Virus record (IMG/VR): IMGVR_UViG_3300014885_000002
Span: 1-36,622 of that record
DNA length: 36,622 nt
Strand: one strand, 5' to 3'
DNA from: a virus
Taxonomy: Duplodnaviria; Caudoviricetes
Below are positions 18,017 to 27,487 of this stretch, piece by piece. Positions within the stretch are counted from its first letter, which is position 1. Each line of letters opens with the position of its first letter. A program made the translations under genes and the position numbers. A model generated the notes under the pieces. It was given only the letters and a program-made list of their open reading frames with translations, did no database searches and had not been told where the DNA came from.

Positions 18017-18463
18017 TTAAATTACTCTTTTTGGTCGACCACGCTTTCTAATTACTTCGCTACATTTCTGCCCTGACCGAACGGTTTGCAGTAAATGTTC
18101 TTTTCCGCCATCGTTGCATAAGTCGGGCTGATGTTGTTCGTGTCTGGATTCTTGCCGCTCACTACTCGACTTACTTCCGCAGCCGATTTCTTCATGCTGT
18201 CTTTCGGAGGAATTGTCGTTCTGGTTGGATTCCCAGGCATCCCGTGTTGTAGTCCGTTGCTGTTCTTCGATTTCATAGTTTAATACCTCTTCATTAGGGT
18301 TATATTTAGTTTGGTCGCGCCAACCATTCTTTAATAATTCAATGGCTTTTGAGTGCCCACATGTTTTATAAAGCCCATGTTTAAACATGGTATAAATTTT
18401 ATAGTCACAACGTACTGGGTTGTGACTATTAAAATTTTGATGGTCAGGCAATAGACTTATCAT
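18017..18463 (-). CDS. Post-coat hypothetical protein with C-terminal KRGRPK
   Basis: TAATG coupling with coat stop; L..GW.D and AT-hook-like KRGRPK. Confidence 0.6.
   Translation of the reverse strand: MISLLPDHQNFNSHNPVRCDYKIYTMFKHGLYKTCGHSKAIELLKNGWRDQTKYNPNEEVLNYEIEEQQRTTTRDAWESNQNDNSSERQHEEIGCGSKSSSERQESRHEQHQPDLCNDGGKEHLLQTVRSGQKCSEVIRKRGRPKRVI
18052..18276 (-). CDS. Nested 74-aa basic protein in another frame
   Basis: Strong SD GAGGT 8 nt before the ATG. Confidence 0.5.
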   Translation of the reverse strand: MKSKNSNGLQHGMPGNPTRTTIPPKDSMKKSAAEVSRVVSGKNPDTNNISPTYATMAEKNIYCKPFGQGRNVAK

Positions 18464-19689
18464 TATTGCGCATTTGAATGTAATCGGACGGCATAATCAG
18501 GATGCCATTTAAACCCGAAAAGCATATCAATACGTAATACATTCACGTCATTCTGAATCATCCCTTGACGCTCAACACGTAAAGAAATATTCAAATCTTT
18601 ATCAGTAACCACAGACGTATCAACATTATTTAATACTTCCATTGGAGGAATGACGATGTCTAATCCTCTAGGAGCATAAGCTAAGTTGACACGATAGCGA
18701 GCAGTCCCTTCTAAAGTAACTGGCATACCGGCAGTAACAGGAATGCTTACATTTCGATACGGGCTGCCTGGATCTGAAATAATTGGAGGATAAACGGTAA
18801 CGTTTCCTAAACCACCGGCGGTAGAATTAACGTCTGCTTGAACAACAAAATCCATCAATTGCCCAGTATCAATTAAATCAATTGGATTGACCGAATTAAC
18901 GCTATCAAAATGAATAATGTCACCAGCCCTATAAACGCCTACAACACTTGCACCTAAGCCGCTTAAGCTAATGGTACTTGCACCACTTACTACAGGAGCC
19001 GCTACAACAGCACCTGCTGCGCCAACACCTGGAGTTTGAAAAGGAATAGATTGGTTTTGGAAAATATCAAATACAGAATAATGTCCCAAGGAAGACGCAA
19101 AAGAAATGTCTTCATTTAAGGTATCATTGAATGCATTTTGATTAGCGGCTTTTAATGCGCTCCCTTGGCGAGGAGATAAAGCCATATAGCCATCATTATT
19201 AATTTGAATGGCTTGTTCAAGCATTTTTGCATATACCAAATCCACAACACCAAAGCTATTAACAGGAGTAGTTGTGCTACCGGAGGTATAATTTAGTTGT
19301 GTCAATGCAGCTTGAGCAATTAAAGTTTCTGCACGTTTGCTTATCGCTTGGATAGCTGGACGAATAGTGCGTTCGTTAAATGGGCCTTGTCCAGTATCAA
19401 CGAATAAAGTTAATTCACGCGAACTGTATTCGACCATTACATTTAATTGATGCGCAATAGTAAGTGATTCTGTTCTATCAATTTGATCTTGAAGAACCCC
19501 AACCCTACCATCATTCACAATAAAGTTATTTTGTCTACGGATAGATAATGTGTCACCTATACGATATTCTGACATTTGAAAATCAGACTCATAAGTACGT
19601 GCACCGGTTAAAAGTAAAGAATTGTTGGTTGCAAATTCTGCAAGCATCGTGTTGCCCACTAACTGGGTAACCGCAATTTGATTAGCCAT
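18463..19689 (-). CDS. Major capsid protein (P22 coat family)
   Basis: 408 aa; MAN start, IGDTL.IR, F.IFQ.Q, AGDII.F..V..VNP, R.D.LFG. Confidence 0.92.
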   Translation of the reverse strand: MANQIAVTQLVGNTMLAEFATNNSLLLTGARTYESDFQMSEYRIGDTLSIRRQNNFIVNDGRVGVLQDQIDRTESLTIAHQLNVMVEYSSRELTLFVDTGQGPFNERTIRPAIQAISKRAETLIAQAALTQLNYTSGSTTTPVNSFGVVDLVYAKMLEQAIQINNDGYMALSPRQGSALKAANQNAFNDTLNEDISFASSLGHYSVFDIFQNQSIPFQTPGVGAAGAVVAAPVVSGASTISLSGLGASVVGVYRAGDIIHFDSVNSVNPIDLIDTGQLMDFVVQADVNSTAGGLGNVTVYPPIISDPGSPYRNVSIPVTAGMPVTLEGTARYRVNLAYAPRGLDIVIPPMEVLNNVDTSVVTDKDLNISLRVERQGMIQNDVNVLRIDMLFGFKWHPDYAVRLHSNAQ

Positions 19690-19690
19690 G

Positions 19691-19733
19691 ATTCACCTTT
19701 GTTTAAACGTTAATATTTGAATCAAAGGTGAAT
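19691..19733 (-). promoter_or_regulatory. Hairpin sequestering the coat-gene SD
   Basis: Perfect 11-bp inverted repeat ATTCACCTTTG/CAAAGGTGAAT ending 1 nt before the ATG. Confidence 0.65.
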
Positions 19734-19740
19734 AGAAGAA

Positions 19741-20589
19741 TTACCGCCTAGACTTTCCAGCCAATTGCGCTCTTCTTTCTGCCTTTAATTCAGCAATGGT
19801 TTTATGAGCGAAATGCTTTACCGGATTGGCAGCGCCTGTTCCTACTGGTTTAATAGGGGCAGGAGCATTTGTGATATTGTTTTTCTTAACCATATCTGCC
19901 ATATGCCGAGCCATTTCTCGCTTCAATTCATAAGCAGGTAGTCGTTGTAGTCTTTCAACTTCGCGTGGATTAGAAGCAATGTAATAACCTAGTTCGCCTG
20001 GGTCTGGAAAAGTAGCCAGTTCCCATGCGATTGCTGGATTTATTCCAGATGATTTCATTGTCTTTTCAAAATCAGGATACTTTTCGTGAGCATCCTCAAA
20101 TGAATCTTGAAAATGAGCAGACAGTTTAGCTTGAACCTCTTTTTGGTTCCTTTCTTGCTGCGCATTTTCTTGCGCAGTTAAGTGTTGTGATATTTTCTGT
20201 CTATCTCGTAATAATTGTTGCCCCTCTGCCGTCGATGTATCTATGTGTTCGCCGGTAAGTGGATCTAAATAAAAAGCATTCCCTGGATTATAAGAGGCTG
20301 GTTGTTGCTGAGGCGCACTTTGACGTGACCTCTCAGCTTCCAATTCCGCTCTTAATCTTCCAAGTTCGCGCTCATATTTTTTTTGCTCTTTTCCTAATCT
20401 GCGTTTAGCAAATTCAGGCAATTCGCCTTCATTAGCTTCTCCATTCACTTCAGTAGGCGCTGACTCAGTATGAGTTTCACTAACTGATGGTTCAGGAATG
20501 GTTACGCTTTCAGAGGGCGTTTCAGCAAAAGAATTATTACTAACTATCTCTCTCTGGTTGCTATTTTCCACATTCGATGTTTCAGACAT
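19741..20589 (-). CDS. Scaffolding protein
   Basis: Acidic N-terminus, coiled coil, KYPDFE, EL.YY.A.NP.E, APAPIKPV; lies between portal and coat. Confidence 0.85.
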   Translation of the reverse strand: MSETSNVENSNQREIVSNNSFAETPSESVTIPEPSVSETHTESAPTEVNGEANEGELPEFAKRRLGKEQKKYERELGRLRAELEAERSRQSAPQQQPASYNPGNAFYLDPLTGEHIDTSTAEGQQLLRDRQKISQHLTAQENAQQERNQKEVQAKLSAHFQDSFEDAHEKYPDFEKTMKSSGINPAIAWELATFPDPGELGYYIASNPREVERLQRLPAYELKREMARHMADMVKKNNITNAPAPIKPVGTGAANPVKHFAHKTIAELKAERRAQLAGKSRR

Positions 20590-20771
20590 TTTCTACCTCA
20601 AGTTTACGGTTTACTTTTAACCCTATGCGTACGGCAGCATATTAGCCCTATACATTTATAAAGTTGCATATTCACTTATTACCAATAATATTATTATATA
20701 AAATAAAAATATACAAGTAGATATTTATGTTTAAAGATAATTTTTTTTTAAATTATTGACAAAATAGATAA

Positions 20772-23186
20772 TTATTGCTGGGGGTTAACAGAATTAACCA
20801 TCGTATTAGGTGTAGTTTCATCTTCATTTGAAGGGATAGACTGAAGTGGCGCTTGCTGCAGACTATGAATTTCAGTTAAATGTGCGAAATGCTTTTCGGC
20901 AATATCAGAATGAGACGCAGCAATTTTAGCTGCACTTTGAGCCATTGAAGCTTTGTAATCGAATGCAGCCTTCTGTAGCTCACTATCAGCTCTTATTTTT
21001 GAGGATTCGCTATCAATTAATGCTTGCTGCATTTTTACTTGGTTAAGTTCATGCTGTGCAGCAGTTTCAGCTTGTGCTGCTTGAACTTTTTGGGCAGCTA
21101 ATTGTAATTTAGCTTGTTCCAGTTGTTGCTGCATTTGCTGCATCTGCATTTCTTGTTGTTGCTGAGGGTTAGGTGGTTGTTTAGGCATCGGTTTACCCTC
21201 TGCCTGAGCAAGTACTTGAGGAGGAACCATAGTTTTTAATCGATTTACTAATTCTATGTTATCTTCAATATCAATATTTTTAGCTATAATATCCGCTACC
21301 ACTGGGAACACTTGAGGATTAGCCGCAACAAGTTGCATAATAACTTGTAATGCTTCTTCTTTTTGGACAGCATAATTAGCGCCGCCATTAACCGTAATAT
21401 CAAAGTCGCCCTTAGTTAAATCATTAATAATTCCACCAGCAACTTTTTGGTTAACTACAACATTCTTCGATTTACCATCCATACCATGGGCAGCTACTTG
21501 TCTTTGTGTATCATAAATTCTAGGAAGCATTGATAATATAGTACGTCCAATTTGTTCTTGCGCCCGTTTTAAATTATCAAAAAACACGAGGTTAGACGAA
21601 TTTCCATCCCGCTGCATTTCTCTAATAGCTTTCCCTGATAAATTACCAAATGCTCTTGGTTCATTCTCTTGCGCATACCCCATAATGCTACGCAAATCTC
21701 TATCGGCTTGCTGAAGATTTTGAACTAATGTTTGTGGTAACTCTGGGGGTGGAAGTCTAACTGGCGCTTGTTTGGTAACAGAATCAGGGTTATAGGGCAA
21801 TGCACCCGCTTGGTTAGCTGGATTCTTCCAAAACTTTTCGTAGCCAGCAATATTATCTGCTGTAACCAAGAATTGCTCCCGACGATTGTTCTTAGCTGCT
21901 TGAGCTAAATCACTGGCTAAGAAGTTCAAAAAGCGTTGCGGGTCTTTTACATAACGCGTCAATGAAATAATTATTTGCTCGCCATCAATATTTACTTCAT
22001 CACCTAACACCATAGCAAAAGGAAATTCTTTACTCGGCCATTCATATTGTTCCAATATATGACCAAAGATTGCTTTGTAACAAATAATCTTATAATCACG
22101 CGATTTCCTGGTTGCGACAATCTGAGGAAAGGTGGGAACGCCCGCTGCCATCGGTTGGGGTGTTGATTGCGGCGAAACGGGTGCAGTTGTTCCCATAATT
22201 TGAGGCGTTGGCGTCGGTTCCATTCCTTGCGACATAGGTTTAATCATACTTTCATTAGGCGACATTTGCTCTTGACCGCCTTCAAACCCAGTATTTGCTT
22301 GTTCTGGAATAGTTTGGTCTGGCATTGCCGCATCTAATTGACCAGCATCAAATTCTTTTTTACGCCGATTATATTCTTTCTTGCTAATACATTCGCCATT
22401 ATCTAATTGGTATAATGTAAAGTTGTACCATTGCTTTTCATAATATTCACAAATAGTAATACTTTTCTTATCGCCCCAATTGAAATAGCGCGTATTGTAA
22501 TTTACTGGGAATGAAACAGGATAAGGAATTTGAGGATACTTTTCGATAAAATCGTCTCTGTCCATTTGGTCATAAATACCCATGAAATTACCATCAGTTT
22601 TTGTGGCAGATTTTGAGAGAGGGTCATAAAATATTCTTTCAGCAAACTTAACAGGTTCAATAATAATATCTTGTTCCATGGTGCGCGGATTAGAATAATC
22701 TGTACGTAATCTAACGGCTCCCATTCCACCACTAACAGCGCTAGCAAATGCTCCTTGATAAGCGATATCGGCTCTTGATTTTGCTTCAATACCACGAATG
22801 ATATCTGCGCGTAATGTGACTTCTTTTTGAGAAATTTTCCCATCAATACTGCGCACTTCGATATTGCTCGTATTGAATCTTTGTTCCCCAATTAATTTTC
22901 GATAATAATCGTAAATTTTGTTATATGTAAATACAGGTTTATTTAAATCTTTAAATGCTTGGCGTTCATCTTGCGACCATTGGTCATAGAACAAAAAATA
23001 GCGGTCATTACGGAAGCGATTAATATTATTTTCATTGAAACGATAATAACGATTGATAGCGACATAAATTCTATCCAGCAATCGTCTGTCAGTTGGATCG
23101 TAAGATTTCATCCCAGAACTCATTGGTTTGGGGCGATTTTCCATACGAATACGCTGACTATCGTCAAGGGTTTTTATTTGAGCCAT
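20772..23186 (-). CDS. Portal protein (P22-like)
   Basis: 804 aa; F...DQW, N.I......IGE, FYDP, KDPQR..N, SG.AI, DN, P.IYDT.R, NDL..G.FD, Q-rich C-terminal helix. Confidence 0.93.
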   Translation of the reverse strand: MAQIKTLDDSQRIRMENRPKPMSSGMKSYDPTDRRLLDRIYVAINRYYRFNENNINRFRNDRYFLFYDQWSQDERQAFKDLNKPVFTYNKIYDYYRKLIGEQRFNTSNIEVRSIDGKISQKEVTLRADIIRGIEAKSRADIAYQGAFASAVSGGMGAVRLRTDYSNPRTMEQDIIIEPVKFAERIFYDPLSKSATKTDGNFMGIYDQMDRDDFIEKYPQIPYPVSFPVNYNTRYFNWGDKKSITICEYYEKQWYNFTLYQLDNGECISKKEYNRRKKEFDAGQLDAAMPDQTIPEQANTGFEGGQEQMSPNESMIKPMSQGMEPTPTPQIMGTTAPVSPQSTPQPMAAGVPTFPQIVATRKSRDYKIICYKAIFGHILEQYEWPSKEFPFAMVLGDEVNIDGEQIIISLTRYVKDPQRFLNFLASDLAQAAKNNRREQFLVTADNIAGYEKFWKNPANQAGALPYNPDSVTKQAPVRLPPPELPQTLVQNLQQADRDLRSIMGYAQENEPRAFGNLSGKAIREMQRDGNSSNLVFFDNLKRAQEQIGRTILSMLPRIYDTQRQVAAHGMDGKSKNVVVNQKVAGGIINDLTKGDFDITVNGGANYAVQKEEALQVIMQLVAANPQVFPVVADIIAKNIDIEDNIELVNRLKTMVPPQVLAQAEGKPMPKQPPNPQQQQEMQMQQMQQQLEQAKLQLAAQKVQAAQAETAAQHELNQVKMQQALIDSESSKIRADSELQKAAFDYKASMAQSAAKIAASHSDIAEKHFAHLTEIHSLQQAPLQSIPSNEDETTPNTMVNSVNPQQ

Positions 23187-23190
23187 TTAC

Positions 23191-24690
23191 TTAGAATCTA
23201 ATATTAGGATTAAATATATTACCTATATTAGCATTCTTTCTGGTTCCAGGGAAGGCAAACGTTAAAGCTAAAGCATCTCCTGCATCAGGACTACGCACAC
23301 CACGCTTACCCATATCTTCTTTACTTTCTAATTGAATTCTTCCTGAAGAATCATATTTAAAATAAGGGGCGCATAAGTCAGAATGTAATGCATCAATGTC
23401 AGGAATTTGGACGGGTGCTTCTTTTATCCATTCCCCCATTAATCCCCACATTTCAGCGCGTAAATTATGATATCTATCAGAATTATATGCATTCACCGAA
23501 CAGTTAATGGGCTTTACAATATTTTCATATCCTAATTCACGTAACCTATCTCCAATTCCTGCCCCGTAACCAATAGTATCTACACAAACAAAGTCAGGAT
23601 TTTCTTCTTTAATCATGCGCACAATCATTCCTACCACTTCCATAGTATCTTTATTTTTATGTAATTCCAGATTATAAGCTACTCTTCCTTGACGTCTAAT
23701 AATTGCAGTTCTATCTTTTCCTCGTCCAGCTGGGTCGACGCCAATAAATTTAACGCCATTCGGATATGCTTCGCCTTTCATTGCGGCTGCTACCTCAATA
23801 TTCCCTATTAAAGATTTATCGCCTGTTACTATAAATGCTTCTTCTGCATTAGAAGGATATTCTTGCTTAAACGCTAATTCATCGCCGCGTTTTTCTTTTA
23901 TTTTATAACGCCGCCATGCTATTTGTTCTTTAGTTAATCCATATATTCTTTGATAATCTGCTTCCTCAGAAGTTAACGGGTAAGGTTCTTCGATAGGCAA
24001 TTGATAACCGGTGTCCCAATACCAAGGAATAAATGCAGGGATAAATCCATTCTCCCCAGCAAGGGCATCTTTCCACATGTAATAAAAATAGTTTCCTTTC
24101 CCATTGGCGGTACTTTCTAGGATAATTTCTGTGTTATCAGTTAATGGAACTGCTTCAAGAATTCCTTTTGAATGCTCATCTGCATTTGACCAAAAACCAA
24201 CTTCCGAACCATGAAACAATTGAATTGTAGTTCCGCGCCCAACCCCTTTAGCTTCAGAGGTTCCAACTTTATAACCAGATTCTGGAGATTGAAAGTTAAA
24301 CTCTTTAACATTGTTTTGACCATCTATAGGCTTAACAACAATAGGGCAATAGTCATGAAATCTTTTCACAATACCAAAAAGGTCATCAGTTGATGCTTGG
24401 CGATGAGCCATAATAAAAGCGCGATATCCGTTTTTATGAGAAACAATTTGATAATAACGGGCAGTTACATAAGTTGAAACCCCTTCTTGACGCGCCTTTA
24501 AAACTACAGCGCGCACACGACCAGTTTTTTTCTTTTGCTCTTCTAATTTTTGATGGAGATATAATTGAGATTTATTGAGGGCGAACGGTAATATCTCGCC
24601 TTGTTTGGTTCGTATTTTTAAGCATTTATAGGCATAATGCGGTAAGTCATTCTTGAGTTTTAATCTTATTTCGAGTTCTCTGGGTGTCAC
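23191..24690 (-). CDS. terL: Terminase large subunit
   Basis: Walker A LKARQEGVST, Walker B HGSEVGFW, ESTANG, F.QEYP, nuclease GVDPA and SPDAGDAL; GTG start. Confidence 0.95.
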   Translation of the reverse strand: MTPRELEIRLKLKNDLPHYAYKCLKIRTKQGEILPFALNKSQLYLHQKLEEQKKKTGRVRAVVLKARQEGVSTYVTARYYQIVSHKNGYRAFIMAHRQASTDDLFGIVKRFHDYCPIVVKPIDGQNNVKEFNFQSPESGYKVGTSEAKGVGRGTTIQLFHGSEVGFWSNADEHSKGILEAVPLTDNTEIILESTANGKGNYFYYMWKDALAGENGFIPAFIPWYWDTGYQLPIEEPYPLTSEEADYQRIYGLTKEQIAWRRYKIKEKRGDELAFKQEYPSNAEEAFIVTGDKSLIGNIEVAAAMKGEAYPNGVKFIGVDPAGRGKDRTAIIRRQGRVAYNLELHKNKDTMEVVGMIVRMIKEENPDFVCVDTIGYGAGIGDRLRELGYENIVKPINCSVNAYNSDRYHNLRAEMWGLMGEWIKEAPVQIPDIDALHSDLCAPYFKYDSSGRIQLESKEDMGKRGVRSPDAGDALALTFAFPGTRKNANIGNIFNPNIRF

Positions 24691-24696
24691 GCCTTA

Positions 24697-25023
24697 TCAA
24701 CCAATATCCCAAAAGTCATTAGTAATTCCTAGTCTCCGATTTGCGAACGCCACATCATCCCCATTAACCATCAGTCGTATTTCTTTTTCTCCCAACATAA
24801 TTCTTAATGTGGTGGTATTTGTCTGTAAATCTCCCATAATCTCAGCATCTAAAATAAAATCCTTTATCTCAGGAATTATCATAGAAATAATGTTATCAAA
24901 ATTACTTATAACTCCGTTAGGCTTATAATTAAGATAATTAACAAATCCTTGGCTCTCTTTTATTTTCGATAGTTGACTTCTCCATTTTCTGCAATCAATG
25001 ACATATTTTTTTATATCGCTCAT
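24697..25023 (-). CDS. Hypothetical protein, probable paralog of 25020-25382
   Basis: Shared YL, N.D, ILDAE and GEK motifs. Confidence 0.7.
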   Translation of the reverse strand: MSDIKKYVIDCRKWRSQLSKIKESQGFVNYLNYKPNGVISNFDNIISMIIPEIKDFILDAEIMGDLQTNTTTLRIMLGEKEIRLMVNGDDVAFANRRLGITNDFWDIG

Positions 25024-25382
25024 TCTTTTTCTACCGCTACTTTAGATAATTTAAACTTAACTATTTTTTCACCAAATGGAAAATTAACTGAGTAATAATT
25101 ATCTTCATCATTTGGCTCAACATACTCTGCATCTAAAATAGCCTCTCTCATATGTTGCAAGATATTAACCGAGTTGGCTAACATATCCATATTGGTAGGA
25201 TAACCGCTTACATTATCTTTTTGAAGATATTTCATTAGTTTTTCATTGTCTTTAACATGATTATGCACAGGTTTTTCCTCGTTATCTATTATTTCAGATG
25301 TAAAGTCGCCATTATTAGTAGCGGCAACCACTTTAGATTGTTGAGCTCGTAATATTCTTTTTTCCCAGCGTTGATTAATCAT
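25020..25382 (-). CDS. Hypothetical protein, probable paralog of 24697-25023
   Basis: ATGA couplings; shared motifs. Confidence 0.7.
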   Translation of the reverse strand: MINQRWEKRILRAQQSKVVAATNNGDFTSEIIDNEEKPVHNHVKDNEKLMKYLQKDNVSGYPTNMDMLANSVNILQHMREAILDAEYVEPNDEDNYYSVNFPFGEKIVKFKLSKVAVEKE

Positions 25383-25597
25383 AAAAAATCCCCTTGAGAT
25401 ATTAGTGTCCTAATATTCTTTATTGCCATTGGATGACGCAGTCTAATTTCTTTAGAAAACATTCTGGCTAAATCAATAAGCTCATGCAAATCTTTGTCTT
25501 CATCTCGTTTCCAGCGCTCGTCTATCTCTGGTTGAAAATTCCTGGATAGATTATCTGGTAACACTCCTTCCGACATAATAACATCATGCGACATCAT
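25379..25597 (-). CDS. Hypothetical protein
   Basis: ORF in tightly packed operon. Confidence 0.6.
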   Translation of the reverse strand: MMSHDVIMSEGVLPDNLSRNFQPEIDERWKRDEDKDLHELIDLARMFSKEIRLRHPMAIKNIRTLISQGDFL

Positions 25598-25602
25598 AAT
25601 TA

Positions 25603-25770
25603 TTACTCTCTTTTTTGAATCACACTTTTAGCCCGTTCTTTCATGTAATTTTCCATGCGACGTTCATCAGATATTTGTTGCTCTGGTCGCTTTTGACCAG
25701 GAGCTATTTTAATAACTTTACCATTAACATATACGGTTTCAGTTAATCTTGCTTCAAATGGTTGGCTCAT
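25603..25770 (-). CDS. Hypothetical protein (55 aa)
   Basis: GGAGA RBS, ATGA coupling; MSQPFEARLTETVYVNG... Confidence 0.55.
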   Translation of the reverse strand: MSQPFEARLTETVYVNGKVIKIAPGQKRPEQQISDERRMENYMKERAKSVIQKRE

Positions 25771-26156
25771 TTTATTTTCTCCGATATTATGATTGGGTTG
25801 GAATTTCTTTTGTCGAGTCGTTCTTTACGTGCTCCCAGTTGGGCTATCATTGCTCTCAGTACTCGCGTCTCAATGTGCTTTCTTACTTGATTAAAATCTC
25901 CTTTTAAATAAAATTCTCTTACAGAGACTTTTACGGTAATTTCTTCTCCTTCTGGATTCGCTCTGCATTTATTAAATTTATAAGAAATACATAAACAAAA
26001 GTCATTATCATACGGGGAATCACATACGCGATACATTTGGAGCAGATCTTCTCTTGTAAATTCCCCTTCATATGCTTTGCATTCTCCTCGGAGCCCAAAA
26101 TATATATCAAGTTTTCCGTTAATATATTTTAATATTTTTCTTTTAATATCGCTCAT
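25767..26156 (-). CDS. Hypothetical protein
   Basis: 129-aa ORF in operon. Confidence 0.65.
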   Translation of the reverse strand: MSDIKRKILKYINGKLDIYFGLRGECKAYEGEFTREDLLQMYRVCDSPYDNDFCLCISYKFNKCRANPEGEEITVKVSVREFYLKGDFNQVRKHIETRVLRAMIAQLGARKERLDKRNSNPIIISEKIK

Positions 26157-26157
26157 A

Positions 26158-26361
26158 TTATTTGCCCTTCTTTTTAGTTTTAACTATCTCAAATGGATCT
26201 GGATTAAACCCAAAAATAAAATTCCCCTGCTTCTCAAACACAGATGTAATCCAAAAATATCTTTCTTTTTCTTTTTTACAGAACTTGCAAACATATAAGT
26301 CTATATCTCCATATTTATTATACGCATCTTGCATCATCTCCATTACTTCAAGGAGTTTCAT
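26158..26361 (-). CDS. Hypothetical protein
   Basis: ATGA coupling; YGD.D.Y pattern. Confidence 0.6.
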   Translation of the reverse strand: MKLLEVMEMMQDAYNKYGDIDLYVCKFCKKEKERYFWITSVFEKQGNFIFGFNPDPFEIVKTKKKGK

Positions 26362-26516
26362 TTTTTATTCTTCTTTCCTTTTAATATTCCAGTACCAGCA
26401 TCTGCTTGGTTAAACTCTTTGCCTACTTTCGCAGGTATACCAACTTTTTTTGCGAACTTAGGATTATGCGCTACGGCAGCCATAAGTTTAGCTTGTTTTT
26501 TACTCTTGCTTGGCAT
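26358..26516 (-). CDS. Small basic phage protein (MPSKSKKQ...MAAVAHNP type)
   Basis: GAGGA RBS; 52 aa, recurring phage motif MPSKSKKQAKLMAAVAHNPKFAKKVGIP...GKEF..AD. Confidence 0.8.
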   Translation of the reverse strand: MPSKSKKQAKLMAAVAHNPKFAKKVGIPAKVGKEFNQADAGTGILKGKKNKK

Positions 26517-26691
26517 TAATGTATTCCTCAATTAACTTATTTACACCATTATAGTGTAAATGGTATTCTTCTTTTCCGCATCGTTGGCAATTCCAGGAAT
26601 ATTTAGTAATTCCTATTCTATCAAGTTCTGTAATTTTACTATCGCCTGTATATGAATGCTGCGTAAGAAAACATTTTAATTTATTGAGCAT
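26500..26691 (-). CDS. Small Zn-binding protein (C...H...CxRCG)
   Basis: KLKCFLTQHSY...CQRCGK. Confidence 0.6.
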   Translation of the reverse strand: MLNKLKCFLTQHSYTGDSKITELDRIGITKYSWNCQRCGKEEYHLHYNGVNKLIEEYINAKQE

Positions 26692-26895
26692 TTATTTTAC
26701 CCCTATAGCTTTTTGACAAAAAGTGCAATGTATTTCCGCTCTCTCTTCTTCAGATAATTCAAAATATCCAGGAACAATTCCGCCGTTCTTGCACGTATGA
26801 CATCTAGCGTAATCTTTATGAATGGAATCCATTATTCTTTGCATATTATATATTATAGATAATTCTTCATGAATTAATTTAACTTCACGGTGCAT
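26692..26895 (-). CDS. Small Zn-finger protein
   Basis: CHTC and CTFC pairs. Confidence 0.6.
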   Translation of the reverse strand: MHREVKLIHEELSIIYNMQRIMDSIHKDYARCHTCKNGGIVPGYFELSEEERAEIHCTFCQKAIGVK

Positions 26896-27059
26896 CGTCT
26901 TGTTTCCTCCCGTTTATTTCGCTCATCATCAAACCATTTTCCTAAATCACTATCTTGTGGTAAAAAATCCACCTGGTCTAATAGTTGACATGCTTCAAAT
27001 AATAGTTTTTTTACTTTAATAAGCTCTTCATTTGCATGCGAATAATTCATTATTCCCAT
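26874..27059 (-). CDS. Hypothetical protein
   Basis: ORF in operon. Confidence 0.5.
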   Translation of the reverse strand: MGIMNYSHANEELIKVKKLLFEACQLLDQVDFLPQDSDLGKWFDDERNKREETRRCTVKLN

Positions 27060-27487
27060 ACCTTATCATTAAGAGATTTATCCGGTGAATATATCACGTC
27101 CATTCTTATAACAGGAATTATAACAGGAGTTACATGGTTTTTATTATAAACATCCATTCCTTCTCCAACCATAATTCTTACACCAAATTCAATACCAGTT
27201 GTTAAATAATTACCTATAAAGCATTTGTTTAATTCTTTATCATGGCAACATGATAAATCATCATGAATAACGTCAACAATGGCATCAACAAAACCACTTT
27301 CGAGATTTAACTGCACGATGAGATTGGTTAGCATATTTATAAGCAAACGCTCAATGTGTGATGCCGTAACAACCGCATGGTCAAGAGGGATGTTTTCCAC
27401 CACTCCTATGCGACCATCGCTAGTTATATCTATCCGATCTATTAATATATTTATTTGATGAGGTTCTTTTAGTTTATTTGGCATCAA
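27050..27487 (-). CDS. Hypothetical protein
   Basis: 145-aa ORF with GAGGA upstream. Confidence 0.65.
   Translation of the reverse strand: MMPNKLKEPHQINILIDRIDITSDGRIGVVENIPLDHAVVTASHIERLLINMLTNLIVQLNLESGFVDAIVDVIHDDLSCCHDKELNKCFIGNYLTTGIEFGVRIMVGEGMDVYNKNHVTPVIIPVIRMDVIYSPDKSLNDKVWE

Noticed and set aside
20756-20790. Antisense promoter into the portal from TTGACA at 20756
   Set aside because: No acceptable -10 box at 16-18 bp
22502-22891. 129-aa same-strand alternative frame in the portal (also 24141-24323 in terL)
   Set aside because: No convincing SD; the composition is that of an off-frame read of a conserved gene
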